Shown: positions 25,776 to 38,841 of the stretch, one piece after another
Position numbering within the stretch: position 1 is the stretch's first letter
Layout of the letters: every line of letters begins with the position of its first letter
DNA from: Fistulifera solaris
Lineage: Eukaryota
Direction of reading: 5' to 3'
Length of the DNA stretch: 64,000 nt
Assembly: GCA_030295235.1 (NCBI GenBank)
Contig: AP026167.1
Span: forward strand, 62,001 to 126,000
Position numbers and translations under genes: made by a program
The notes under the pieces: generated by a model
Seen by the model: the letters and a program-made list of their open reading frames with translations, nothing else
The model's database searches: none
Told to the model about the DNA's origin: nothing

Positions 25776-26039
25776 CAGATGATTGCATCGATTTACTTGA
25801 GGTGTTTGGGGTTAATGATCCATGATGTTGATTGTGAAGAAAGTGATCGGTTTGCATTATAACTTTAAGCAAGTTCTCAATGTCCTTTGATAGACTGTAT
25901 AGAATCGTTTGCTGTGTGCGTTTTCTCCTCGAGTGTCACTGACGCCGCCGAGTGATTTTCGTCGCAATCCCTTGCAAACTCCCCTTTGTGTGAGCGTAAT
26001 GGCAATTTTTCTTGATACGAAAACACAGCTCTTCTTCAC

Positions 26040-26296
26040 AGGCTTGACACAAGAGTGGAAACCATGGGCGGATGGTTTACAATGCCTTTGCGTTCAATCG
26101 AGATATCAGCAAGTGGAACGTCTCGAACCTTATGGACATGGACGGCATGTCTATAATGCTGGAAACTTCAAGCTGTACCCATGAGGAAGTCAGCTCGCTG
26201 GCAATTCCCTTCCCGCAACAGAAATTTTCATGGACTTCACCGTGTTTCCGACTTTGTGGCCAGCGCCCACCTGGACCTTTTCGTCATTTTGTGTAA
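26040..26296 (+). pseudogene. DUF285 gene remnant (C-terminal part)
   Basis: YNAFAFNRDISKWNVSNLMDMDGM...PPGPFRHFV. Confidence 0.65.
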
Positions 26297-26648
26297 GCGA
26301 AGGAACCGACAAGAAACTGATAAAAGTAACTGTGATTTCGCGTTACAAACGTCGCCATTTCACGCGTCCTTTTGGGCCTTGCACAAACGATTGCCGCCCC
26401 GCCATGAATATGCCGTCGGAAACTGCACTGAAGTGGCTCAAACATCCGCATCACAGCGATTGTTTCCAAATAATGTGCTCCTTTCTTTCCTCTCATACAA
26501 GCGGATCCGCCTTTGTCATTTGCCGAAAACGACGGTTCTCTTTCACAAAAAAGATCTTTCGATACTTTCAGCATGTTCTGAAAGAAAGACGAGCATACAA
26601 TGGAGTTCATCCTCGAAAGAAGATTGCAACCGTCATTCGTTTTGTCAC

Positions 26649-26651
<3 letters not shown>

Positions 26652-26682
<31 letters not shown>
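26652..26682. repeat. (GA)n microsatellite
   Basis: About 15 GA units. Confidence 0.95.
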
Positions 26683-26684
<2 letters not shown>

Positions 26685-26894
26685 GCGGAAAATGTCGGGC
26701 GTTGCCGTCTCATTCCTCCTGCTGCTCCTGAAAGACACTGAATACACCTCGTAATGGTTTATAGTCTTTTCTCGCCGAGGAATGGAAAAAGTTAATAGAG
26801 CTCGCGGATGCTTTCATAAAAACGAGGGTCGGATTGTGCAGTTTCAAAATTCGGCGACTCTGTCACGAAGGAGACGTCACTCTATTGAGTACAG

Positions 26895-27104
26895 CGATCC
26901 ATGTTTGTCTCCGCCTCCCAGTTCGATGCCGAATCTATATCGGCATGGGATACCTCCCGTGTGACCGACATGTCGTACATGTTTGATGGTGCGACTCGGC
27001 TCCAGCGCCAAATCGAAAACTGGGACCTTTCGAATGTTCAAGATAGGACAACCATGTTCGGTGACGCCGAAGCATTCGACGACTCCTCGTATTCTTCAAA
27101 GTAA
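26895..27104 (+). pseudogene. DUF285 repeat remnant
   Basis: MFVSASQFDAESISAWDTSRVTDMSYMFDGA...WDLSNVQD. Confidence 0.7.
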
Positions 27105-28152
27105 AATGAGTACGTTTTAGTCTGGTGGAGCAGCTAATGTGCCATTGCAAACCCAAATACTGTGGCGTTGCCAAAGAGTTATTCGAATTCAAATTCAAAA
27201 TTTGGCTGACAAATAGACGCTAAAACCCTTTCAAAAAATTTCGGTGAAAGGTCATTCGAGTGGGTGACAGGAACACACCAGTTGACGATGAGGACGAAAG
27301 GATATCATGTAGGGCACGAGTGTTTTCATGGTTTCGACTGAAGCGGATGTGGCACGGTCAAAAAATGGCGTCTTGAACAGTATTCATTAGGAAAGCAATA
27401 TTTCCTGTGAGCATCATATAAGCACCTCGCCGATAATAAAGGTTAATACAAAAATCATTCGGGATATCCGTGATGATTCCTTACGCATAATGAGGGAAGA
27501 TTGTAGTGTAGAATACCCGCTCGTTGACTTGAATGACACCGTAGCGATCCTTCGACTCGCTGCACTTTGTACGAGCAGAAAAGAAGAGACTCATTTTGAG
27601 CTGTATTAATGTATTAATGCAAACGTCGTTTTTGATTTACCAGGTATTATTGTTACTAACTGTTGCAATAAAGTAAAGTGTATATGTTGCCGACGATCGC
27701 GATTGATTTTTATGCGATGATCCTTCGGTCCCGACTGCAGAGAAATTCAAGTCACGATTTGCAGTATTGGTAAGACAAACATCATGTTTTATAATAGGAC
27801 CGACACGACTCGAACTTATAACGGAGGATGCAGCAGAGCGCCGCATCACAAAAACGCGAGCAAATGAAACAAGAAGCGAAATGACAACATCGTTTGATGT
27901 TGTCAGTTCGCAACAACAACAACTTCGCTTTGTTGCAAGTATCAGAAGCCACCGAACACGATGATAAGCCATTAAATAAATGATATTGTTGCATTATAGC
28001 CGAAGGGCATAAATGCAACAATATGTTCGCGTTGACCAGATTGCGAAGCTGCAATATTCACAAACTGTCTTTATAAAAAGCACGAGTAAAAAAAATAGCA
28101 ACAGCGAAACAGCAAAATATATCACAAACAACAATGCAAAGCAAAAATAATA

Positions 28153-30026
28153 ATGAAACTTCTTCTTTTCAGCATGATCTTCTTCGCGAGCGAGGCACGA
28201 TGGTCGGGTTTCTCCGCTTGTTTACTTCCCGAACATCGTTGTGGTCGCTTTAAAAGCATTGCGCATCGCAGCAACTGCGAAACAAAATGTGTTCACTGGC
28301 TCCAGCTATTGACGACGATGCGGGGATGGATATGTGACACATGTCAGTGTTTCGATTCTCGACCCGAATTGCAAGCCGCCGTCAATCAAGTGGTCGCCCA
28401 AGAACCCGATGCAGAAACGATTCTGAAACCACAGTACGGATGGCCGATCGGCAAATGGTGTTTCACCGAGAATGTACAAGACATGAGCAGTTTGTTTCAA
28501 GGAGCCGGTGATTTCCACGAAGATCTTTCGCAATGGGATACTTCTCACGTGACAGATATGAGTTTTATGTTTTACGGGGCCGCGAGTTTTGAAAACAATT
28601 TGCAATCTTGGGATGTCTCGAACGTGCGCAACATGAAGGGCATGTTCTATGCGGCGTCGCAGTTGAATTCGGATCTCTCTTCGTGGGATACGTCCCAAGT
28701 CACGGACATGAGTTACATGTTCACGTTGGCGACTCGATTCAATAACAAAATCGGTACTTGGGATGTATCGAATGTGCAAGACATGAGTTATATGTTTCAT
28801 TTGGCCGAAGAATTCAATTCGGATATCTTCAACTGGGATACTTCCCAAGTCGCGTGGATGACAGCCATGTTTTTCGGTGCCCGAAGTTTTAACAAGAACA
28901 TCGGCACTTGGAACGTATCGAACGTGCAAGATATGAGTTGCATGTTCAACAATGCGGAAGCCTTCAATGCAGATCTCTCTAACTGGAACACCTCTAGTGT
29001 CTCGTGGATGAAGGCCATGTTTGCTGGTGCCCAAAACTTTAACAACTTGGTCGGCACTTGGGACGTTTCAAGCGTTCAAGATATGAGTTACATGTTCAAC
29101 GATGCTGAACAATTTAACTCTGATCTCTCAAACTGGGACACGTCGAGTGTGACAGATATGAGTTACATGTTTGCGAGTGCAGGGACTTTAATGGCGAGAT
29201 CGGTACTTGGGATGTATCGAACGTATGGAATATGCATTCCATGTTCGACTCGGCCTACCACTTTAACACCGATCTTTCCGCTTGGGACACTTCGAGTGGC
29301 TATTACATGATGTCGATGTTCAGCAATGCGTACAACTTCAACGGCAACATTCGTGACTGGGACGTTTCCGGGGTGCACGTCATGGCGGGGATGTTTCAAA
29401 ACGCCACGGCATTCAACTCCGATATATCGATCTGGGATACGTACAGCGTGTGGTCTATGAATTCAATGTTCAAGGACGCAACAATCTTTAATGGCGATCT
29501 AAACCCATGGGACGTATCAGGCGTGAGTGACATGAACTCCATGTTTGCTGGAGCTCGATCTTTCGATTCGGACCTATCTGAATGGAATACGGTTAGTGCG
29601 TACGATTTGTCGTCAATGTTCGAAGGCGCTACAATCTTCAATAGCAATATAAACAATTGGGATGTTTCGAATGTTCGTCACTTGGCGAGAATGTTTTACA
29701 ACACGACAGCATTCAATTCCGATCTTTCTGGCTGGGACACGACCCTGGTTCATGATAGACGTTCCATGTTTGCCCACGCCTCAGCTTTTAATCAAGATAT
29801 CAGTTCATGGATCGTTTCAGGAGCTATAGATATGGGTGGCATGTTTTACGACGCTGAGAACTTCAATCGGAACCTGTGTTCGTGGGGAAGTCAACTCGCT
29901 GACAAGTGGATTAATACCGTCGATGATAATGGTCATGAGATGTTCGAAGAAACGGCCTGTCCAACCGAGACGTCCCCGAATTTGCTTAGCAATCCGCCAA
30001 CTCCATTCTGCTACGATTGCATCTGA
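28153..30026 (+). CDS. Secreted DUF285/BspA-like repeat protein (frameshift near 29185)
   Basis: Signal peptide MKLLLFSMIFFASEA, Cys-rich domain, YGWPIGKWCF and many 25-aa repeats; ORF 29232-30026 continues to the C-cap PPTPFCYDC. Confidence 0.9.
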
Positions 30027-30462
30027 TTGGAGATGTTGAGTAATAGTAGCTCGCCATTGCATTATTATAGTAGGCTTTAATCTTTAGACGTGTCGACTTG
30101 CATGTATAGAAAATTGGCATAGAAAACAAATGATAGCCACGACCCTATTGAGCATACGAAGGATCATTTTTGCGTTCGCGTTCCAAGATCAGAACTGAAG
30201 AAGGCGACCGAACACCTTCGAACGAAACGAGAAGGTTGAACTTGATGTATTATAGCCGCGAGGCATAAGGGCCATAAAAGACAACCAGAACCACATGTTC
30301 GCATTGTCATCAAAGCCAAGGCTTTAATTATTTGCAATTTGTGGCCAGCGGCATCAATTGAGAGGGAATGCAGATGAACTCGGTTGTCATAAAAGCAACA
30401 AATGAAAAGCAAATCATCGCGAATAGCTTATTGATCGAAAACCATAATACTCAGGACAACGC

Positions 30463-32298
30463 GTTCTGAGAAGCATCCTATTGCTCATCCCCGCCTTCAC
30501 GTCGCTCACCGAGGCGAGATTGTCGGGTTTACAGCCTTGTCTCACTCCCGATGCTCGTTGAGGATTCCTCAAGGTTCACGTGCATCGCACAAATGAAGAC
30601 TCGATTTGCGAGAGCAAGTGTGTCACGCGGACCCAATGGAACTCGTTGAGCACTGAGGGCTGGTCGTGCGGAAAGTGTCCCAAGTGTTTCGACTCCAAGG
30701 AAGAGCTCCAAAAAGCAGTCCAACGCGTTCTTTCGAAGAAGCCTAGGGCGGAAGTTGCTCTCGGGCACAAGTACGGATGGCCGATTGGGACGTGGTGCTT
30801 CACGGAGAATATCATGGATCTAAGCGGCCTTTTTCAAGGTGCAGCCGACTTCAATGAGGATCTTTCCGGATGGGACACGTCGCAAGTCACCAACATGAAC
30901 TCCATGTTTGCGGAAGCCACGAGGTTTACAGGAGATATCAGTAAATGGAATGTTGCGAAAGTCCAAGACATGGGGTCGATGTTTTCTCTTGCTGAAAACT
31001 TCAATTCCGACCTCTCTGCTTGGGACACATCCAAAGTGACAGACATGAATCACATGTTCTTTCAGACATTTTCTTTCACTGGAGACTTAAGTGCATGGGA
31101 TGTGTCTAATGTTGGAGATATGGGTGGCATGTTTTACCTTGCCGAAAAGTTCACCTCAGATCTCTCCACATGGGATACTTCCAGCGTCACGAACATGCAG
31201 TCCATGTTTTCGTACGCATTTAACTTCAACAGCGAGCTCGGTGCTTGGGACGTCTCCAGCGTGCAAAATATGGATTCCATGTTTCATTTCGCTGAGAATT
31301 TCAATGCGGATCTGTCCGGCTGGGACACGTCAAGTGTGACTGACATGACTTTCATGTTTGCTCTTGCTTGGGACTTTGACAGCAAGCTCAACACATGGAA
31401 TACATCCCACGTCCAAAGTATGGTAGGAATGTTCAGTGGAGCCGAAACATACAACTCGGATCTTTCGAACTGGGACACGTCGAGTGTGACGGATTTGAAT
31501 TTCATGTTTTCCGGTGCATCGACCTTCAACGGGGAGATTGGCGAGTGGGATGTTTCGAAAGTTCAAAGTATGTTTAGCATGTTCGAAGAAGCTTCTAGTT
31601 TCAACGCCGACGTCTCTGCCTGGAACACATCAAGTGTGTCTGAAATATCCGCAATGTTTCTCCGCGCATTCCAGTTCAGCAGCAACCTTGGTGACTGGGA
31701 CGTGTCTAATGTCCAATACATGTCTTCAATGTTTTACAACGACACCGCGTTCAGCTCGGATCTTTCGGCTTGGAACACTTCCAGCGTGATCGATATGTCC
31801 GGCATGTTTGAGCAAGCAAGTAACTTTGAAAGTGATTTGAGCTTATGGGACGTAAAAAGCGTGGAGAACATGGGACACATGTTCGACGGGGCCGAACGTT
31901 TTAACAGCGATTTAAGCATGTGGGATGTTTCAAATGTTCGTTACATGAGAAGTATGTTCAGGGATGCATCTGTGTTTAATTCCGATCTCTCTAGTTGGAA
32001 TACTTTGAACGTCAAGAACATGAATTCGATGTTCCACCATGCATCCGCGTTTAATCAAGATATCAGCAAATGGAATGTGTCGCAGGTTACCGACATGAAT
32101 GGCATGTTTTACCAAGCGGAAAAGTTTGATCGAAATCTGTGCGCATGGGGGATTCACCTCGCTGGCAAAACCATTCGAATAGAGGACGATGAGTACGAGG
32201 AAGAGTATCCCATGTTCGAAGGGACATCCTGTCCCGAGCAGTCCGATCCCGATTTGTTCAACAATCCTCCCGGTCCCTTCTGTCACGCTTGCACTTAA
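30463..32298 (+). CDS. DUF285/BspA-like repeat protein; N-terminus damaged (no ATG, in-frame TGA at 30559)
   Basis: Upstream in-frame VLRSILLLIPAFTSLTEARLSGLQPCLTPDAR*GFLK precedes the 572-aa ORF 30580-32298. Confidence 0.8.
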
Positions 32299-33461
32299 CA
32301 TTGAGGACGGTATGGCGTTTGCGTAGTGAATCAATCTAAAAAGAAATGCATATATATGGCGTAGCCTCGTGTGCATCGAATAAACAAGTTGCTTTTTATG
32401 CGAAAACTCGTAAAAAAGACTCTCCAGAGGAATTTCCCGAGTCACATTGTGTTTTGGTTGTCGTCTGGATGCTCGAAATCTCATCATCCAACTATAACAG
32501 CCATTGAGACACCCTTCATTCGTACAGTATTCTGCCTGACTTTTGTTCAAAACGTAGTGAATGTAGCTTACGCGAGCGTCCTTCAAGGAGGAGCTTATTA
32601 GCAGGATGAAGAACATCGTTGCGAAAGATTGGATTGCCGTGTCGTTAAGGTTTTCAGCGTAATTCCTTCCGCTTTTTGTTTCCACTGCGACCATGCCGTC
32701 ATATCAGCCGACATTATAGTCATTTAACAAGTCGTTCATGTTCCTTTCATTCGCTTTACTACGTATTAATGAAAATGATCGATTGCAACAATAATAACGC
32801 GTTCATTATTTCCGAGTAAGTTTTTACGGGTGGACGGACAGAGTTTCTAGTCCCGTCACGTGCGTACGTCTCGGATCATGAGACAACCTTGTTGGAATAA
32901 ATTATTATTGGCGACAGAATCAATCATTGTTGCATTCACCAAAAGATTCTTAATGGTATGTAGAAATAATGATCTTGCTATTTGTAACTTTTAATGGCGG
33001 AAATGGTTGTCACTAGTTCTTGCAATACAGGCGTCGTCGCTGCTATAAGTCAACTACTTCTTGGTGCACCCCGACACCCGACACACGGCACTCTCATTAT
33101 CTATATTTCGTCGCAGTACTTCTGTCACAGTGGGTATGATAACAAAGAATAGGAAATAATAGGCGATCGCGATTTTGACTAACAAAACAGAAAGCATGAT
33201 GTTCGCATTGCGGATGATGGCTTCATTCTTCACTAGAATATGTGAACTCAACTACCAATTTGAGAAGGAAGACGAATAGCCCCGTTCGGGTAACACACAT
33301 GCAATCATGGAAGCAGAAGGCACGAATGAAGAACACGAAACACGAACCGATTATTATTGGTTCAAAGGTGTGTCCCATCAAGGCGTACTTCTTTTAAAAA
33401 AAATGAATCATCAACTTTGTTTATCGCAACATAGCAATACAATCGTCTACAACAATCCGCA

Positions 33462-34920
33462 ATGAATCGTCTCTTTCTGTTCGCGCTCTTGGCATCGCTT
33501 CTATACCCCGAAGCTGAGGCAAGACGGCTGGGTGCACAATCGTGCTTCAATTTCAAGGTTCGCTGTGGCTTTCTCAAAATACACGCTCATCATGTCAAAG
33601 AAGACAAGACGTGTGAAACCAAGTGTGTCAGTTGGGTAAGGTTCCTATCTTTGAGTTCTCAAGGCTGGAAATGTGGAAAATGCCCACAGTGCTTCAATTC
33701 GAAAGAAGAACTGCAAAAAGCCGTGGACTTGATTGTAGCCCAAGAACCTTGGGCGGAAGCACTTCTCGGGGGGCAAATACGGATGGCCCATGGGTAAATG
33801 GTGTTTCACTTCGAACGTTACCGATATGAGCGGCCTGTTTGAAAACTCAACTATCTTCAATCAAAGCTTGTCGGAATGGGACACTTCGAGTGTCACCGAC
33901 ATGTCTCGCATGTTTTACGATGCTTACGTCTTTCGCAGCGATCTCAGTGCTTGGAATGTGTCCAACGTCCAAAATACTGCATCCATGTTTGATGGTGCCT
34001 CCGAATTCGATTCAGATCTTTCGCAATGGGATGTCTCAAAAGTCACCGATATGCAAGGCATGTTTCACAAAGCGTTCGCGTTCACCAGCAGTGTGAGCGA
34101 TTGGGATGTATCGAATGTTCGCAACATGGCAGCGACCTTTGCGAATGCTTTTAGCTTCAACTCGGATGTATCGAATTGGAATACTTCCAGTGTCACCGAT
34201 ATGTCGAATATGTTTGACTTTGCCAGGAGTTTTGATGGCGATTTGAGCCGTTGGGACGTTTCCAAAGTGCGAGACATGTCCGAAATGTTGGCCGGTGTGG
34301 CCGGCTCCACCATGGACCTTTCGAAATGGGACACGTCCAGCGTCACTGATATGTATGTCATGTTTTACTGGGCACCAAACTTTAACGGCAATATCAGTAC
34401 TTGGGATGTTTCGAACGTAAGGAATATGGCAGGCATGTTTACCTTTGATTCCAATTTCAATTCGGATATTTCCAAGTGGAATGTTTCAAGTGTCACTGAC
34501 ATGTCGTGGATGTTTGACCATGCCACTGGTTTTAATGGCGATATCAGTGCGTGGAATCCTGTGAGTGCACGGGATGTACACGGCATGTTTCAATATGCGG
34601 AAAGTTTCAACTCTGACATATCGGGCTGGGACACGTCCAGCACAACTGACATGATGCAAATGTTTATGCATGCCTTGGCATTCAATCGCGACATTAGCGC
34701 GTGGGATGTGTCGAAGGTGAACTTCACTGGATCCATGTTTTTGGAAGCGGCCAGTTTCGACCAGAATCTTTGTCCGTGGGGAAATCAGTGGCGTGACAAA
34801 CCGGACATGCCGATTTACTGGTACGGGGCATCGATTTTTCAAGGAACAGCTTGTCCGAATCAAACTTTGACGGATATGTTTCACGACCCTCCTACTCCGC
34901 TTTGTCACAACTGCGTTTGA
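33462..34920 (+). CDS. Secreted DUF285/BspA-like repeat protein (frameshift at G-run near 33770)
   Basis: ORFs 33462-33797 and 33790-34920; N-terminus closely similar to the 35583 copy. Confidence 0.9.
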
Positions 34921-35582
34921 ACGGAATGTTAGACTGGATGTCGACGGCCAATGAATCAACCTCGAGAGACTACCGTAATCTGAAATTGTTACTCTTTGTT
35001 CCTTCTATTAATATCGAGATGAACTGTGACCCAAAGGCATCTTTTAATCGACTTAGTTCTTTGTTGAAGGATGTTTGAATGTGAATCGCTTTTAGTCGGG
35101 TTCGCGTTCCAAAAAGTGACGGAATGCAATGTCAGCGTTTTGCGAACCGCAACACGAAAAGTGAGGGCCGTCTGTCTGTACTTTCTGTACGATCGTCGAG
35201 ACGTAATTCGATAAACGCGTTTTTCATTGACATCAAAAAGCGGTTCTTTTCTCACGCATTTTCCACAACAAATGAGAATCGAATACATGACATCTGCATC
35301 TGCTCTTAATTCATGAATCGTGCATTCACTACAAATAGGAGAAACACATGTTTCCAGGAGTCAGAAGTATTGCCCTTCGACTAAGGGCAGTAGGATCAGT
35401 TGACTCATGTTCGCTTTTTCAAGGAATTGTCACGCGATCACGACTTGTTGCAAACTCACAAAATCGATAACTTAGAAAGGGCACCAGTCAACGTTTGTGT
35501 GCATAAAATAATGAAATACACAGACCAAAGTGAAAGCTAAAAACACAATCTACCTCGCCAATAACGATCGAGTCATAGACCC

Positions 35583-37484
35583 ATGAACCGTCTCTTTTTC
35601 TTCGCGCTCTTTGCATCTCTTCTTTATCCCGATGTGGAAGCTAGACTGCTGGGTGCACAGTCATGCTTCAATCGTAACGTTCGCTGCGGGTTCATGAGAT
35701 TACATGCTCATCATGTCAAGGCAGATAATACGTGCGAAACCAAGTGCGTCACTTGGGCTAGGTTCATCTCTTTGAGCTCTCAAGGCTGGAAGTGCGGCAA
35801 GTGCCCCCAGTGCTTCAACTCCAGAGAAGAACTGCAAAAGGCTGTAGACCTGGTCGTGGCGCGGAAGCCCTTCGCCGAAGCACTTCTAGGAAGCAAGTAC
35901 GGATGGCCCATCGGCAAATGGTGCTTCACCGAGAATGTTACAGATTTCAGTGGCTTGTTTTTACGGGCTACCGAATTCACGGCGGATCTCTCCGAATGGG
36001 ATACGTCTCATGTGACGAATATGCACTCCATGTTTGAAGAAGCCGTCAGCTTTCAAAGCGATATTGACGCTTGGGATGTCTCGAGCGTCCAAGATATGGG
36101 ATCCATGTTTGACGGAGCCACGATGTTCCACTCTGACTTGTCAAAGTGGGACACGTCGGCTGTGACTGACATGTCACTCATGTTCTACGAGGCCGAAAGC
36201 TTTGACAGCAACATCAGCGCTTGGGATGTCTCGAATGCCCAGACCATGCGCTTGATGTTCAGGAGTACGCGCATAACGGATCAAGACCTCTCAAATTGGG
36301 ACACATCGGATGTCACAGACATGTACGGCATGTTCATGTTGGCATCCGATTATGGTGGGAATCTCAGTGCTTGGGATGTCTCCAATGTTCAAAATATGGG
36401 GTCAATGTTCGACAGTGCCATAACGTTCAATTCCGATTTATCAGGCTGGGATACATCAAGCGTAACGGATATGTCTTGGATGTTTTACGAAGCGCTTAAC
36501 TTTAATAGCGATTTGAGCGCGTGGGATGTATCAAAGGTTCAAGATATGACATCGATGTTTACCGACACCATTGCTTTTACGTCAGATCTGTCTGGATGGG
36601 ATACGTCGAGTGTGACTGATATGCGCTCCATGTTCATCGCAGCATATAACTTCAATAGTGATCTCGGCGCGTGGGATGTATCAAACGTCCAAAATATGCA
36701 ATCGATGTTTGATTCGGCAACTAGTTTCAAATCGGATCTCTCTGCATGGAATACATCCAGTGTGACAGATATGTCTTGGATGTTTCACAATGATTTCGAA
36801 TTCAAGAGCGATCTTAGCGCTTGGGATGTTTCTCGAGTACAAGACATGACCGCGATGTTCTACAATGCCGCAGTATACAACTCGGACTTGTCAATTTGGG
36901 ACACCTCGAGTGTAACGAGTATGCGTTCGATGTTCTTTGAGGGCTTCGCGTTCAATCAAAACACTAGCGCATGGAATGTATCCAATGTCCAAGACATGCA
37001 ATCCATGTTCGATGATGCCCGAGAGTTCCAATCAAATCTTGCCGATTGGGATACTTCCAGTGTAACAGACATGTCCTTTATGTTCCACAAGGCCTACAAC
37101 TTCAACAGCGATATCAACAACTGGGATGTTGCAAGCGTTCGTGACATGAAAAATATGTTCAATGCTGCCTTCATGTTTGACTCTGCTCTTTCTAGTTGGG
37201 ACACTTCCAGTGTCACCGACATGCATTATATGTTTGCCTACGCCTCTGTCTTTAATCATGATATCAGCGCTTGGAACATCTCGCAGGTGACCGACATGGG
37301 TGGCATGTTTTACGCGGATGACGCGTTGAATCAGAATTTATGTCCGTGGGGAGCTTACTTGGCGGGCACGTCCGTTATATCCAACGATTCAGACATGTTC
37401 GGAGCGACGTCTTGTCCCAACGAAGCGTCTCCCGACTTGTTCGCTACTCCTCCAGGTCCATTCTGTTACGATTGCGTCGTGTAG
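35583..37484 (+). CDS. Secreted DUF285/BspA-like repeat protein, intact 633 aa
   Basis: Signal peptide, Cys-rich domain, about 18 25-aa repeats, C-cap PPGPFCYDC. Confidence 0.93.
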   Translation: MNRLFFFALFASLLYPDVEARLLGAQSCFNRNVRCGFMRLHAHHVKADNTCETKCVTWARFISLSSQGWKCGKCPQCFNSREELQKAVDLVVARKPFAEALLGSKYGWPIGKWCFTENVTDFSGLFLRATEFTADLSEWDTSHVTNMHSMFEEAVSFQSDIDAWDVSSVQDMGSMFDGATMFHSDLSKWDTSAVTDMSLMFYEAESFDSNISAWDVSNAQTMRLMFRSTRITDQDLSNWDTSDVTDMYGMFMLASDYGGNLSAWDVSNVQNMGSMFDSAITFNSDLSGWDTSSVTDMSWMFYEALNFNSDLSAWDVSKVQDMTSMFTDTIAFTSDLSGWDTSSVTDMRSMFIAAYNFNSDLGAWDVSNVQNMQSMFDSATSFKSDLSAWNTSSVTDMSWMFHNDFEFKSDLSAWDVSRVQDMTAMFYNAAVYNSDLSIWDTSSVTSMRSMFFEGFAFNQNTSAWNVSNVQDMQSMFDDAREFQSNLADWDTSSVTDMSFMFHKAYNFNSDINNWDVASVRDMKNMFNAAFMFDSALSSWDTSSVTDMHYMFAYASVFNHDISAWNISQVTDMGGMFYADDALNQNLCPWGAYLAGTSVISNDSDMFGATSCPNEASPDLFATPPGPFCYDCVV

Positions 37485-37764
37485 TCCGCAAACAAAGGTG
37501 GGGGCAAACAAGACGACTTCGATGAGAATGTGTAATTCAGTTTTATGTACATACGAACAAGAAGGCGACAGCATCATAGATCGATAATGATTTACATGAC
37601 AATATATATATAGTAAGCGTTGATATTTTTGACTCATTTTCGCCATAGCATTGTTAGGCATGAGCCAAGTGGTAGAGGCATTTTTTCTTTGAGCTGAATG
37701 TGTGTGGTAGTACGATAAATAGGACGTCCCTGTGCCCCTTGTTATTCAGTGTCGCTCTAACTCA

Positions 37765-38427
37765 TTATGACTCGACTGCTTCTTCTTCCGGATCCCACAC
37801 AAACCGACTTTCGTCGACATCAAGTCGACACGAAGGTCCATCGTCCGTCCCCATGAATTCATGACGACGTTCCGAGACGAAATGATACAACGGATCCCGT
37901 AGTACCGACGGCAACAAGACTCTTAAGAGAGCGGCAGTCCATCGGACCAAAATCGGCAATTCATCGAGCAGACCAGCGACGCGCAAAACGGCTTCCGATT
38001 CGACGTACGCGACACCGTTGGGATAACACAAGACCATCGACGAATAATCGTCTGGTTGTCGACCCGATCTTATTAGCAAGGCTTTCCCGGTTTCACTCTG
38101 CAAACTGCAAAAGCGCAGACTTTTGTCGGACGAATGATCCAAACAAAAATGCACACCGGCATTACAGAAATGACAGACTCCGTCGTATAACAAAATAGGA
38201 GAGGAAGTATTTTGAAAGGCGGCTTGTAAAGGTAGTGACGACGATACAGCTGTTGCTGAAGTTGATGCCGAGGACGGAGTTAATGATGATTTGGAAAATT
38301 CCCCGCTCATAAACGCCGCCATCCTTCGGGTCTCGTGCAAATTCGGTGATGTTGTTGTCAGTTTGGTGAGCCAGGCATCGCAGCAAGCGAATAGCGTCAC
38401 AAGCGTATAGATTAGCCGGCTCTTCAT
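37765..38427 (-). CDS. DCC-family thiol-disulfide oxidoreductase (DUF393/YuxK), probably plastid-targeted
   Basis: ILLYDGVCHFCN (DxxCxxC), LQSETG, SEAVLRV and RDPLYHFVSERRH; signal peptide plus Ser/Thr-rich transit-like region. Confidence 0.9.
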   Translation of the reverse strand: MKSRLIYTLVTLFACCDAWLTKLTTTSPNLHETRRMAAFMSGEFSKSSLTPSSASTSATAVSSSLPLQAAFQNTSSPILLYDGVCHFCNAGVHFCLDHSSDKSLRFCSLQSETGKALLIRSGRQPDDYSSMVLCYPNGVAYVESEAVLRVAGLLDELPILVRWTAALLRVLLPSVLRDPLYHFVSERRHEFMGTDDGPSCRLDVDESRFVWDPEEEAVES

Positions 38428-38841
38428 AGTTTTGCTTCCTTGAAATCTTCGTATTAATTCGTATTAAATCTTTCAAGGTCGCGAACAGTAGCAAGAAGGG
38501 TTACTTCTTATTCGAATAAAACAACATAATAAAGGGAGCTGCAGCAATGAAAAAAGAAAACACCCCGCCGCTTCTTGAACTTCCGCAGGGTCGCTTTTAG
38601 CCAAATTCTTCCGGAACCAGTCAAACATTCCCACCAACCAAGGTTGTGACGTAACGAAGTCCTCCTGTACACATTATCAATAAAGCTTTCAAGGGTACAG
38701 TGCAAAGTACTGTCTCCCACAATGCCGTTATCCACGTGGCAAGTGGCAAGACGGCCAAATGCGAACCTATCCATGACGTCACTGGTCGTCACAGGCTGAT
38801 ACATTTCTCACTGGAGTCTATTATTTTATTGAATGTACATT

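Noticed and set aside
28153..37484. DUF285 nucleotide repeats as a diversity-generating retroelement or CRISPR
   Set aside because: They are in-frame coding repeats; no reverse transcriptase and no template/variable repeat pair with A-specific differences was seen.
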